64,000 nt of DNA from an uncultured cyanobacterium. Lineage in GTDB: Bacteria; Cyanobacteriota; Cyanobacteriia; Cyanobacteriales; Nostocaceae. Where the stretch lies: NCBI GenBank assembly GCA_963706595.1, contig OY970166.1, positions 1,312,001-1,376,000 of the forward strand, written 5' to 3'. Positions 21,768 to 31,180 of the stretch are shown in pieces. The position numbers and the translations under genes are program-made. Under the pieces are notes generated by a model, which was not told the origin of the DNA, did no database searches, and saw only the letters and a program-made list of their open reading frames with translations. Numbering within the stretch: position 1 is the stretch's first letter; every line of letters starts with the position of its first letter.

Positions 21768-21943
21768 GAAGTTTTGGATCTCTAGAAGTTCTTTATACTT
21801 TTGTAACAAATCGTGAAGAATAGAGCAAGCGATCCCCACATTCATTTTGCTGATGGTGGGGTGAGTGATCGCTGATGATTGCTAGTTCAATGTATTATAT
21901 ATTACATTTTCCGATATTATAAACCCAAATTACCCGAAACCAA

Positions 21944-21976
21944 AGATCCCCGACTTCTTGAAGAAGTCGGGGATCT
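21944..21976. repeat. Perfect palindromic REP-like unit
   Basis: AGATCCCCGACTTCTT-G-AAGAAGTCGGGGATCT. Confidence 0.85.
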
Positions 21977-22088
21977 GAGCCTCTCGCTAGGGAGTAAATC
22001 CGATAGGATTGCTATATTCAAGTGCAGATTTCAGAATTGAAGAGAGTGAAACTCAACCCTAAACCGCAAACGGTACGGAGGAACAACG

Positions 22089-22736
22089 GTGGTTACACTA
22101 CAACTGCGCCAAATTGATGTTCAACCAGGACAATGTTTGATATTACGCGAGATTAATTGGGCAGAATTTGAAGCAATTTTAGAAGAATTAGGAGAACATC
22201 GCGGTGCGCGAGTTGCTTACTATCAGGGAGTGTTAGAAATTCGGATGCCGTTGCCAGAACATGAAAAAGCTAAGATCCTAATTGGCGAATTTGTGAAAAT
22301 TTTGCTTGATGAATTAGAAATAGACTGGGAACCTTATGGTTCGACCACATTTAAGCGTCAAGAAATGGCAGCAGGTTTAGAACCAGATGATTGTTTTTAT
22401 ATTCAAAATGCAGCCCGAATGATCGGTAAAAATCGACTGAATTTATCAGTTGATCCGCCTCCAGATTTAGCAATTGAAATAGACGTAACCTCAAAGACTC
22501 AACTTTCAGCTTATGTGGCGTTGGGTGTTCCTGAACTTTGGTGTTATGCGGATAGTCAATTGCAGACTTTTCTGTTACGTGAAGGTGAGTATGTGCAGGT
22601 AGAAAACAGCCCCACGTTTGGACATTTGCCTGTAGTTGAGGGTATTTTGCAATTTTTGAAGTTGAGCGAGATAGAGGGTGCTAGTGCAGCGCGGCGAGCT
22701 TTTCGGCAGTGGCTGCGTTCTCTTTTAGCGGGATGA
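22089..22736 (+). CDS. Uma2 family (DUF820) putative endonuclease
   Basis: LEPDDCFYIQN, PPPDLAIEIDVTS, YVALGVPELW. Confidence 0.94.
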   Translation: MVTLQLRQIDVQPGQCLILREINWAEFEAILEELGEHRGARVAYYQGVLEIRMPLPEHEKAKILIGEFVKILLDELEIDWEPYGSTTFKRQEMAAGLEPDDCFYIQNAARMIGKNRLNLSVDPPPDLAIEIDVTSKTQLSAYVALGVPELWCYADSQLQTFLLREGEYVQVENSPTFGHLPVVEGILQFLKLSEIEGASAARRAFRQWLRSLLAG

Positions 22737-22752
22737 GAGGTAGGTTTACTCA

Positions 22753-22999
22753 CTATTTACCTGTTAAGCCATCTTGCAAAATTGACTTGTTGTTTAGGGA
22801 CAAATCCGTTTCTGCTTCACTACAGCCAATAAAACCATTTTGTGTGAGCGAATCTAGAGGTTTTTGCTACTGAAGTTGCTGGTATTGCAAATTAATAGTA
22901 ATCCTAATGGCATCGGTAAATGAATGTCTGATGAGTCTGCTGTTGAATGTAACTGAGTTTGTAACCATCTTCCTAATCTAATCATGCATTGATATGCAT
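22753..22999 (-). pseudogene. Decayed CopG/RHH-type antitoxin gene
   Basis: MHINA*LD*EDGYKLSYIQQQTHQT, then a frameshift, then FTDAIRITINLQYQQLQ*QKPLDSLTQNGFIGCSEAETDLSLNNKSILQ; the GFIGC.EA..DLS motif is typical of cyanobacterial RHH antitoxins. Confidence 0.65.
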
Positions 23000-23108
23000 A
23001 ATTTTAGAAATTTGTCATCAGCTTATATGAAGATTTTAACATTTGATGTCAGAGGAGCAAATCCTTGTTATTCACAAATATATAGTCGTTCTCGTCTAAG
23101 TAGTTACT

Positions 23109-23300
23109 ATAAGTTACGCATTGACAATAAATACGAAATATGTATGGCGCTAAAAAGCACATATTTCGTAGGGGTTTAGCATTGCTAAACCCCTACCACA
23201 CGGGTATATTTACTATCAACATGATCATTGTTAAAAGCCGGAAATTGGCTATTTTCGGTGACAGCATACCATGATTAATTTGTACAGTGCGTAAGTCCTA
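23109..23300. mobile_element. MITE (AGGACTTACGCA-type ends) containing a GTAG REP hairpin
   Basis: Ends TAAGTTACGCA / TGCGTAAGTCCTA; internal GTAGGGGTTTAGCATTGCTAAACCCCTAC; same family as 35401-35518. Confidence 0.75.
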
Positions 23301-23392
23301 GTTACGTGTTCCCTGTGAGAAGCTTCTCTGGGCTACCATTGACATACAATCGTCGTCTGTATCTGGGCTGTTGGCTCACTACGGGAAGCCCG

Positions 23393-23479
23393 TCATTGCG
23401 AGGAGGAACGACGCAGCAATCGCAAAAACCACGGAATTATGCGATTACTTCGTTCCGCTATGGCTGCACTCGTAATGAC
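23393..23479. repeat. GTCATTGCGAG..CTCGTAATGAC palindromic element
   Basis: Terminal inverted repeats with internal stems. Confidence 0.7.
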
Positions 23480-23692
23480 AATTTAAAGGGTTTAGAAAGC
23501 TTGAAATCCTTGCATATAGGACTTGTGTGTACACCGCATCTCCCTTTGGGAGAAGGTGAGAAGAGTTAATTAACCAGAAAATTCTAGTTTTAAAGAGTAA
23601 TTAAATTAAAGTGACTGTAATTTCAAACTAAAAAACAGTTTTAGTAAGCCAACGCCGTACTCTGGCAATTTTAATTGGGAAAATTCAATTAT

Positions 23693-23795
23693 ATATAATG
23701 CAAGTATAGGAAAGGTGCATCAAATATAATGCAACCATAGTAAAGGTGCATCAAACATAATGCAAATATAGGAAATTGCATCAAATATAATACAA
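23693..23795 (+). repeat. 3.3 x 30-31-bp tandem direct repeat
   Basis: ATATAATGCAA..ATAG.AAAGGTGCATCAA at 23693, 23724 and 23755, partial at 23785. Confidence 0.9.
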
Positions 23796-24007
23796 TTCTC
23801 ATCAGCTTAAAAAAATATCACCTAACAATATACTTTGCATATAAATAGCCGAAACCTTTGTCTGACAAGCAATACAGGCTATAAATTTTTTGAGTATAGT
23901 CATTTTATAGAGTTTTTTGCAAAAATATTTATATGAAGGAAATCTTTTTTATTTTCCTGTCAAAAAGAAATTTCAGTGATACAATGGTCAATGATAGTAA
24001 GAATTAA

Positions 24008-24117
24008 CGGCGTGGCTGATTTGAAGTATGAACACAATTTTTGATGATGTCAAAACCACTGTAAAGAAGTTCCATTAAACGTCTCTACTAAATTCATGCT
24101 TGGTTTCAGCAATGCCG
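24008..24117. mobile_element. MITE with 6-bp target-site duplication
   Basis: TIRs CGGCGTGGCTGA / TCAGCAATGCCG flanked on both sides by AATTAA (24002-24007, 24118-24123). Confidence 0.8.
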
Positions 24118-24125
24118 AATTAACG

Positions 24126-24295
24126 AAAAAGGGGTATAGGTTATTTACAACCTACCCCCTGTTCCGTAGACAATCAGACTCTAACTGATACTACGTGTTT
24201 TTTAATTCTTAAGTCAAAACTTCTATTACGTAGACAATCAGCTCTAACTGATACTACGTGTTTTTTAATTCTTAAGGAAAAAAAGTAATGCTACA
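24126..24295 (-). ncRNA. Predicted ~170-nt antisense sRNA with two duplicated hairpin modules
   Basis: Minus-strand promoter CTGACT-17 bp-TAGAAT (24329-24301); repeats at 24165-24213 and 24229-24276; terminator hairpin 24131-24158 plus U-tract. Confidence 0.5.
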
Positions 24296-24491
24296 AACCC
24301 ATTCTAGCGCAACAACGCCTAAGAGTCAGTCTTTTAAGCAGAGTGTGAGAGGACATCTAATGCCAGTTTTTTTTATTTTGGCATTAACGACAGTTAAGCT
24401 TGAGGTCGATACCCCAAGTTTAAAAGTGCGACTAAATCTTGTCCCACCGGAAGTAACTAGAACGTTAATTCAATTGATACAAGGTCAATAA
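24288..24491 (+). CDS. Small hypothetical protein (67 aa) with a short hydrophobic stretch
   Basis: RBS AAGGA upstream; LMPVFFILALTTV; downstream hairpin 24511-24535. Confidence 0.5.
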   Translation: MLQTHSSATTPKSQSFKQSVRGHLMPVFFILALTTVKLEVDTPSLKVRLNLVPPEVTRTLIQLIQGQ

Positions 24492-24547
24492 TTGTAAGTT
24501 AAAAAATAATGGGGTGTGGGTTACGTCCACACCCCAGGTCACACCAA

Positions 24548-24769
24548 TCATGAGGCTTTATAATAAATTGCAGGGCGGTATCTCGGTTCTGGTATTGGTT
24601 TACCTTCGATTTTGGCAGCTTCTAACCATACTGCTTTTGCTTGTAATACTTCATTAAGTGCTTCTTCTTCAGTCGAACCAAATGCCGAACAATATTTTAG
24701 ATCAGGAATATCAGCTATATAGCCGTTATCTTCTTCACTGTAGAAAATATTAATGTGATAGTGTTTCAT
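24548..24769 (-). CDS. hicB: Type II TA antitoxin, HicB family
   Basis: YSEEDNGYIADIPDLKYCSAFGST.EEAL..WLE..GKPIPEP. Confidence 0.92.
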   Translation of the reverse strand: MKHYHINIFYSEEDNGYIADIPDLKYCSAFGSTEEEALNEVLQAKAVWLEAAKIEGKPIPEPRYRPAIYYKAS

Positions 24770-25023
24770 TATTCATCCTCCAAGGTGAGTGCGTATTCTT
24801 CAACTAAAATCATCAATTGACGGACTTGATACGGAACAGATTTGCCGTTTCGATTTTGGAGATTAACAAGCTCAGGGATATCAGGATGAGTAAAAATGTG
24901 ATGACTCCCATTAACTCGTGATAGAGTAAATCCAAAAGCTTCAACCAAAGCAACTAATTCATTAAAATGAATATTTTTAGAACCAGAAAGAACTTTTTCT
25001 AGTAATTTACGCTTTTTCGACAT
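24769..25023 (-). CDS. hicA: Type II TA toxin, HicA family
   Basis: FGFTLSRVNGSHHIFTHP..YQVRQ; stop overlaps the hicB start. Confidence 0.92.
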   Translation of the reverse strand: MSKKRKLLEKVLSGSKNIHFNELVALVEAFGFTLSRVNGSHHIFTHPDIPELVNLQNRNGKSVPYQVRQLMILVEEYALTLEDE

Positions 25024-25026
25024 TGA

Positions 25027-25290
25027 TTAATCCTGTGTGTGGCGTTCCTGGATGAGTTCATCTACCAAGTTTCTCTCTGGGGATTTATCTTTTAATAAAC
25101 CTCTTAACTTTTTAACTTGTTGTTTAAGGCTGACTAATTGGATCTTGCCACTATCTTGAAGTGTTAAAATTAAGCGATCGCCTGATTCTAAATTTAGTTT
25201 TTCTTGTACTTATTTAGGTAAAGTTAAACGTCCTTCCGGTTCAATATCAAGTGTAAATTGTTGAGGAATTGATGAATTAGCAATTGTCAT
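25027..25290 (-). pseudogene. AbrB/MazE/SpoVT-family antitoxin with one in-frame stop
   Basis: MTIANSSIPQQFTLDIEPEGRLTLPK*VQEKLNLESGDRLIL..NLVDELIQER; TAA at 25210-25212. Confidence 0.8.
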
Positions 25291-25368
25291 AGCTGAATCT
25301 TCCCTTGTGTTACACGTATTTATATTTTAGCAAAACTCTCAAAAATTCTTTCTCTGTACTCTAGTCTG

Positions 25369-26976
25369 CTATATATTTGCTGTATGCTTCAGAGGAATCT
25401 CAATCAAAAATTCTGTTCCTTTTCCAGGTTCAGAAACACACTCGATTTTGCCCCTATGCTTCTCTACAATAATTTGGTAACTAATAGATAAACCTAAACC
25501 AGTACCTTTCCCTACAGGCTTAGTAGTAAAGAACGGTTCAAACAACTTATTTTTAAATTTTTCTCTTATTCCTGTGCCGTTATCTTTAATACTAATAATT
25601 ACGTTCTCTGCATTTTTTAGTTGAGTATGAATAATAATTGAACTGGAGTGTTGTTTCATATCTTTATAAGCATTAATTTCCTGTTGGCGTAAAGCATCAA
25701 TAGCATTAATAAAAATATTCATAAATACCTGATTTAATCCTCCTGCATAACATTCAACAAGAGGCAAATTTTCATAATTTTTAATAACTACAATTTCCTG
25801 CTGTTTGTTCTGACCTTTAAGATTATCTTGCAAAATTAACAGCGTACTATCAATCCCTTCGTGAATATTCACTGGTTTCATTTCTGCTTCATCAAGACGC
25901 GAAAAATTCCGTAAACTTAAAACAATCTCACGGATACGTTCAGCGCCAATGGTCATTGAATCTAATATTTTTGGCAAATCATCAATAATAAAATCTAAAT
26001 CCATCTCCTCAATTAAAATATTTATTTCGGGATTGTAATCAGAATATTCTTGTTGATATGCGTTAATCAAAATTAATAATCTTTGAGTGTATTCCCTAAC
26101 GTGTATCAAGTTCCCATAAATGAAATTAACAGGATTATTAATTTCATGAGCAACACCAGCGACTAACTGACCAAGTGAAGACATCTTTTCAGTTTGAATC
26201 AGTTGAACTTGAGCTTGCTGCAAAAATTCCAGTGTTTGTTGTAATTGAATATTTTTATGGTTTAATTTTTTTGTTCTGGCCGCAACTTGTATTTCTAATA
26301 TGGAATTAGTTTCTTCTAAGGCAACTTGAGCATTTTTTTTAGCTTTTAAGTATTCTTGCAATAAACGTAATACTAAAAGCCACGCTGGAATAAGTACCAT
26401 TAAACTGATAGTAGAGACTAAAATAGCCCAAATCATTCTTTGGCGATACGCAGCAACTTTTTCTTGCAAACCAAGTGAAATATTACTGTTCCTTTGAGCA
26501 ACACCATCGGCATAAATTTGTTTCTGAGTTTCGTATTTACGGCTGGATAATAGTAGCTGTGCAGCCTGTTTTTGATTGCTATTAACTAAATTAAAAGATT
26601 CATATTCCATTGCAACTAACTGCTGATTAGCCACATCAATCTTTTGGGAATTCTCATCTTCATATCTTTCAGGAGCCAGTTTAATAGCTTCTTGAATCGC
26701 CAGATCAAGTTTTGGTTCAAATTGGCGATATCGTTTTTCCCACATAACATTCCCTGTCGCTGCATTCATTTTGGCAGACATGGTTAATACTTCATCAAAA
26801 TAAGTAATTTGATCACTGAGTTTTTGTAGTTTGAATTCCTGTTTATTCATACTATTGAAGTTATAATATGCTTGCCAGTTGAGCCAAACTTGAGGGAGAA
26901 ACAATAGTAATGTCAGCAATACTGTCACACTTACTAGCTGAGAAGGAGTAAATTTCAGCTTATAAAATAAATGCAT
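25369..26976 (-). CDS. Membrane sensor histidine kinase (2 TM, periplasmic helical domain)
   Basis: EKMSSLGQLVAGVAHEINNP H-box; NQVFMN, DNG, FEPFFTTK, GTGLGL. Confidence 0.95.
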   Translation of the reverse strand: MHLFYKLKFTPSQLVSVTVLLTLLLFLPQVWLNWQAYYNFNSMNKQEFKLQKLSDQITYFDEVLTMSAKMNAATGNVMWEKRYRQFEPKLDLAIQEAIKLAPERYEDENSQKIDVANQQLVAMEYESFNLVNSNQKQAAQLLLSSRKYETQKQIYADGVAQRNSNISLGLQEKVAAYRQRMIWAILVSTISLMVLIPAWLLVLRLLQEYLKAKKNAQVALEETNSILEIQVAARTKKLNHKNIQLQQTLEFLQQAQVQLIQTEKMSSLGQLVAGVAHEINNPVNFIYGNLIHVREYTQRLLILINAYQQEYSDYNPEINILIEEMDLDFIIDDLPKILDSMTIGAERIREIVLSLRNFSRLDEAEMKPVNIHEGIDSTLLILQDNLKGQNKQQEIVVIKNYENLPLVECYAGGLNQVFMNIFINAIDALRQQEINAYKDMKQHSSSIIIHTQLKNAENVIISIKDNGTGIREKFKNKLFEPFFTTKPVGKGTGLGLSISYQIIVEKHRGKIECVSEPGKGTEFLIEIPLKHTANI

Positions 26977-27323
26977 TTTCCTACCTTGATATATCGTATA
27001 TTTGGAGATAAAGCAATTTTTAAGACGGTAATAAACTGTTGATTTGTCAAAGCTTGGAAGCGACTGGGTTTATACAAGCTAAATACCATGCTACTACTCT
27101 AAGCGCAGCCAACCAGCACGGCTTTACAGGACTTTGATTTCTGCAAGCCGCACACTGGCGTTAGCCATAGTGAAACGAAGCATCAGACCGAAGCAGTCAC
27201 CTTTGCTTTAGCGAAACGCAAGGGTCTGAGGAATTTAACACGTTGTTACATAGTTTAGATGTATTTGTGCAAACTTACTGACAAGCTCATGACAAGTGTA
27301 ACATTTTTGTTTCTGAGTATGAA

Positions 27324-29795
27324 TTAAGTCAAAATCGCCCCACCCATTAACCGTTCATAGCGGTATTTCAACTCAGCTTTCATCAAAGCCCAACGTTCCA
27401 AAGTTGCATCCATCTCGATTACCTTCTCCGCAACTTGTCTGGCTAACAGCAAAATTTCCTCATCTTCCACCAAACTGGCTAAAGTAAAATCGGCTACACC
27501 AGATTGACGAGTTCCCAGCACTTCCCCAGGACCACGAAACCGCATATCCATTTCCGAGATAAAAAAGCCATCCTGGGATTGTTCCAAAACCTTCAGCCGT
27601 TGTTGAGCATCAGCACTCTTAGAACTACTCATCAATAAACAGTAAGATTGAGCCGCACCACGACCAACACGCCCACGTAATTGATGTAGTTGTGATAAGC
27701 CAAATCTTTCAGCATTTTCAATCAGCATCACTGTTGCATTGGGTACATCTACACCGACTTCTACCACCGTAGTAGAAACCAATATTTGCGTTTGATTATC
27801 GCGGAATTTGGTAATCGCTTCGTCCTTATCTGCGGAACTCATCCGACCATGCAGCAACCCTACTTGAAAGTCAGGGAAAATACTTTCTTGTAACTTCTGA
27901 TGCTCTTCTACGGCTGACCGCAAGTCCAATTTTTCTGATTCTTCCACTAGAGGTAAAACTACATAAACTTGCCTTCCTTGGGCAATTTCTCGGCGGATTA
28001 AGTCGTAAGCTTCGGTGCGTTGTTTACCTGTTAATAAAGTTGTTTGAATTTTTTGCCGTCCTGGTGGTAACTCATCAATCTGGCTAACATTCATATCCCC
28101 ATGTATTGTTAATGCCAATGTCCGAGGAATAGGTGTGGCGGTCATAGTTAATACATGGGGTTGGTCGCCTTTTTGCTGTAACAACGCCCTTTGTTTCACG
28201 CCAAAACGATGTTGTTCATCAATCACCACTAAGCCCAATTGCTGAAAGTTTACAGAGTCTTGAATTAAGGCGTGAGTTCCCACTAATAGGGGTAATTCAC
28301 CGGTTCCTAACTGAGAGTGAATTTCTCGCCGCTTGGCAACTTTGGTAGAACCTGTCAGTAATTCCACGGGTAAATGCAACAGGTTAAACCAACTCACTAA
28401 CTTGCGGTAATGCTGTTCTGCTAAAACTTCCGTGGGAGCCATTAACGCTGCTTGATATCCCGATTGAATGGCGGCGAGGATCGCAATTACCGCCACTACT
28501 GTTTTACCCGAACCCACATCGCCTTGTATCAGCCGATTCATCGGGGTGGATTTTTCTAAGTCGTTGAGAATATCGTTGAGGACTCGTTGCTGTGCGCCGG
28601 TGAGTTGAAAAGGCAGAATTTCGGAGAATTTTTCGACTAGCTGACCTTTGGGGGCGAGAATAGCGCTGGTTTGGATTTGGCGGGCTTGGTGCTGACGTTG
28701 TAATAAGCCCAGTTGCAGGTAAAAGAATTCATCAAAGACGAGGCGACGACGAGCAGCTTGCAGAGTCATGCTGTCATCTGGAAAATGGATGTTCGCGATC
28801 GCATCCTTCAATTCCATCAAATTATACTTTGTCCTTAACCCTTTCGGCAAAGGATCTTTGAGGTGAACCGTAGCTGGTAAAGCCGCCGTTATCGCCTGTC
28901 TCACCATAGTTGCCATCACACCCTCAGTCAGAGCATAAATTGGCACTACCCGACCAATCGTCAACGAATCAATGGCATCTCCTGGATGTGCTAATACCTC
29001 AAGTTCCGGGTTATCCAGCGTCAAACCATATTTACTTTCCTTCACCAACCCACAAGCCGCCAAAATACTCCCCACTGGGTAACGGCGTTTTAAACCTTCT
29101 TGCCAACCGCGACTAGCAAAACGCGCCCCCGCAGAAAAGCGCGTAATTTTAATTTCACCAGTATTATCTTTGAGAACTAATTCTAAAATCGATAATTTCT
29201 TATTTCTAGGGCTAGTAAAACAGTTACAACGCTTGACATTAGCAATAATTGTCACCGTTTCACCCCCCTGCAATTCCCCGATATTCACCTGACGCGCATA
29301 GTCAATATGATCACGGGGATAGTAGTAAAGTAAATCACGCACAGTCAGCAAATTCAGCGCCGCTAATTTATCCGCCTGACGAGGCCCTATTTCTGGTAAA
29401 TCGCTGAGTTTTTGGTCAATGTTTGGCGCTAACCTCCGACTCACTTCTGCCACAATGGGCGATTTCGGTTGAGACTTCTGACGTTGGTATATCTGGTTTT
29501 TCTCTGTGCTACTTTCTTTTGGTTCTTGCTGTAGTTGGTAGAGATACCTCCGAGTTTCAGCTATTAAGTGTTGTCTTTCTGACTCTTCCAGATCGGGATA
29601 GTTAGCAAATTTCGCCGCTAGTTCTTGCCAACGGCCACGTTCTACAGAGGGCAAAGCTGTGGGGAATTTCCCAAAAGTCAAGCAGAGAAATTCACTGAAG
29701 CGGTATTGTTTGCCCATCAAGTCTGTAAAGCCTTTGTCAGCTTCTATTGCCAAGGCTTTCTGCAATCTTACCCAATCTGGTGTGTCATTAGTCAT
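27324..29795 (-). CDS. recG: ATP-dependent DNA helicase RecG
   Basis: QGDVGSGKT, DEQHRFG, MTATPIPRTL, QLRGRVGRG. Confidence 0.97.
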   Translation of the reverse strand: MTNDTPDWVRLQKALAIEADKGFTDLMGKQYRFSEFLCLTFGKFPTALPSVERGRWQELAAKFANYPDLEESERQHLIAETRRYLYQLQQEPKESSTEKNQIYQRQKSQPKSPIVAEVSRRLAPNIDQKLSDLPEIGPRQADKLAALNLLTVRDLLYYYPRDHIDYARQVNIGELQGGETVTIIANVKRCNCFTSPRNKKLSILELVLKDNTGEIKITRFSAGARFASRGWQEGLKRRYPVGSILAACGLVKESKYGLTLDNPELEVLAHPGDAIDSLTIGRVVPIYALTEGVMATMVRQAITAALPATVHLKDPLPKGLRTKYNLMELKDAIANIHFPDDSMTLQAARRRLVFDEFFYLQLGLLQRQHQARQIQTSAILAPKGQLVEKFSEILPFQLTGAQQRVLNDILNDLEKSTPMNRLIQGDVGSGKTVVAVIAILAAIQSGYQAALMAPTEVLAEQHYRKLVSWFNLLHLPVELLTGSTKVAKRREIHSQLGTGELPLLVGTHALIQDSVNFQQLGLVVIDEQHRFGVKQRALLQQKGDQPHVLTMTATPIPRTLALTIHGDMNVSQIDELPPGRQKIQTTLLTGKQRTEAYDLIRREIAQGRQVYVVLPLVEESEKLDLRSAVEEHQKLQESIFPDFQVGLLHGRMSSADKDEAITKFRDNQTQILVSTTVVEVGVDVPNATVMLIENAERFGLSQLHQLRGRVGRGAAQSYCLLMSSSKSADAQQRLKVLEQSQDGFFISEMDMRFRGPGEVLGTRQSGVADFTLASLVEDEEILLLARQVAEKVIEMDATLERWALMKAELKYRYERLMGGAILT

Positions 29796-29910
29796 TGGTC
29801 ATTGGTCATTAGTCATTAGTCATTAGTCATTAGTCATTAGTCATTAGTCATTAGTCATTAGTCATTAGTCATTAGTCATTAGTCATTAGTCATTAGTCAT
29901 TGGTCATTGG
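29784..29910 (+). repeat. STRR heptamer array (GTCATTA/GTCATTG)~18 overlapping the recG start
   Basis: Direct reading of the tandem heptamer. Confidence 0.97.
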
Positions 29911-29972
29911 GAAGTTACCGTCTTCTCCCCCCTGCTCCCTGCTCCCTGCTCCCCTGCTTCTTCCCCCACTCC

Positions 29973-30887
29973 CTACTCATACCAACTCGCACGCCATGCA
30001 GATTCAGCTTCAGAAACTGAGCGTTCCCGTTGCTTTTTTTGATAATCTCGCCCTACCTTGTTTAGCTGAACTAATATCTGGCGAATTTGCCTGCGGTCAA
30101 ATGAGAGTTTGGTGTCGGCAAATTCAATTTCCCCCAATCTTAAATTAATCGCCATAATCTGTGTGAGTCTGGAGTCTTCTGGATCTTGCTCATTTTCAAT
30201 TTCCACTATCAAGTTTAAGAGGTTGGGTGGTCCTGGCATCACCTCGGCAGATGCTTCTGAAACAGCCGCAGCCGCTTCTAAAATTGGTTCTGGTAATTTC
30301 TTGGGTAAAATACTAGCTTTTTGTAATAAAAGATTTGCGTCGTGGGAAACCTTTTTTAGCACCTGTTGGATTAAATCTTCCAGCTTTTGTTGCCATTTTG
30401 CTAGTTCTATGGGATTGGTAGAATCAGGGTTGAAACTTTTCAGGGCTGAAGTTATCCGAGGCAAAGCAGATGATTCAGCTAACATATATGTTACTACCTC
30501 ATCTATGTCAAATCCCTTATCGCTCTCATCCTTCTCATTCTCCTCATTCTCCTCATTCTCCTCATTCTCCTCATTCTCCTCATCCGCCTCATCCGCCTCA
30601 TCTGCGTCACTCTGGAGATAAGAAAGTAATAACTCAGCCGCCTCTTGACCCAAATTGCGGATACCTTGCTGCAATTTTTGGCGCTGATTTAGAGATAACT
30701 TGAGAAAGTTTTCGGCATATCCTTGGGTGCATAGATGGTAACTTGCTAGAATCAACTGTTTCCGTACAGCTTGCCCCAAGGTAGTTAAATAACTGGCATA
30801 AGCATTGTGGAGTTCTGCCGCGATCGCGCGGATTGCTTCTTGCAAAGCTGCAATATCCCGTTCAATTAGCTCAATTGCTCTAGCCAT
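29973..30887 (-). CDS. Conserved cyanobacterial hypothetical protein (tsf-recG cluster) with acidic repeat insert
   Basis: 304-aa ORF, coiled-coil ends, (EEN)n/(DEA)n insert. Confidence 0.85.
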   Translation of the reverse strand: MARAIELIERDIAALQEAIRAIAAELHNAYASYLTTLGQAVRKQLILASYHLCTQGYAENFLKLSLNQRQKLQQGIRNLGQEAAELLLSYLQSDADEADEADEENEENEENEENEENEKDESDKGFDIDEVVTYMLAESSALPRITSALKSFNPDSTNPIELAKWQQKLEDLIQQVLKKVSHDANLLLQKASILPKKLPEPILEAAAAVSEASAEVMPGPPNLLNLIVEIENEQDPEDSRLTQIMAINLRLGEIEFADTKLSFDRRQIRQILVQLNKVGRDYQKKQRERSVSEAESAWRASWYE

Positions 30888-30982
30888 ATCTTCTCTAATT
30901 AATTACCCATACTTTATTATGGTACAAACGTACCTATTTTTATTTATCTGTGTTTATCTGAGTTGATCTGTGGTTCTTAACT

Positions 30983-31074
30983 CAATACCTTTCGGTTAAG
31001 GGATGTAGAGACGTTCCGTAGAAGTTCTCTACAAGGGTTTTCGGTTCACGAATTTGCTTAACCGAACAGTATTG
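30983..31074. mobile_element. MITE with GTAG REP core and imperfect 10-bp TSD
   Basis: TIRs CAATAC..TTCGGTTAAG / CTTAACCGAA..GTATTG; flanks GTTCTTAACT / GTTTTTAACT. Confidence 0.75.
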
Positions 31075-31180
31075 GTTTTTAACTTCTTTGTACCCACTAC
31101 AAGACTCACTCACTTTGCTCAAAATCTCCCCTCTCCTTAGTAAGGAGAGGGGTTGGGGGTGAGGTTCTGCTCTCACTAAC

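Noticed and set aside
22994..23569. ORFs 22994-23179 and 23306-23569
   Set aside because: They run through MITE/palindromic elements and show no protein-like motifs
23693..24276. Possible CRISPR mini-arrays (31-bp repeats; 49-bp repeat pair)
   Set aside because: The 31-mers have no unique spacers; the 49-mers are two copies with a 15-nt gap; no cas genes in the window
27181..27230. c-di-GMP-I riboswitch hypothesis (GAAA/GCAAAG-like words)
   Set aside because: The motifs are not in the order or strand required by the GEMM consensus; kept only as an unknown structured RNA
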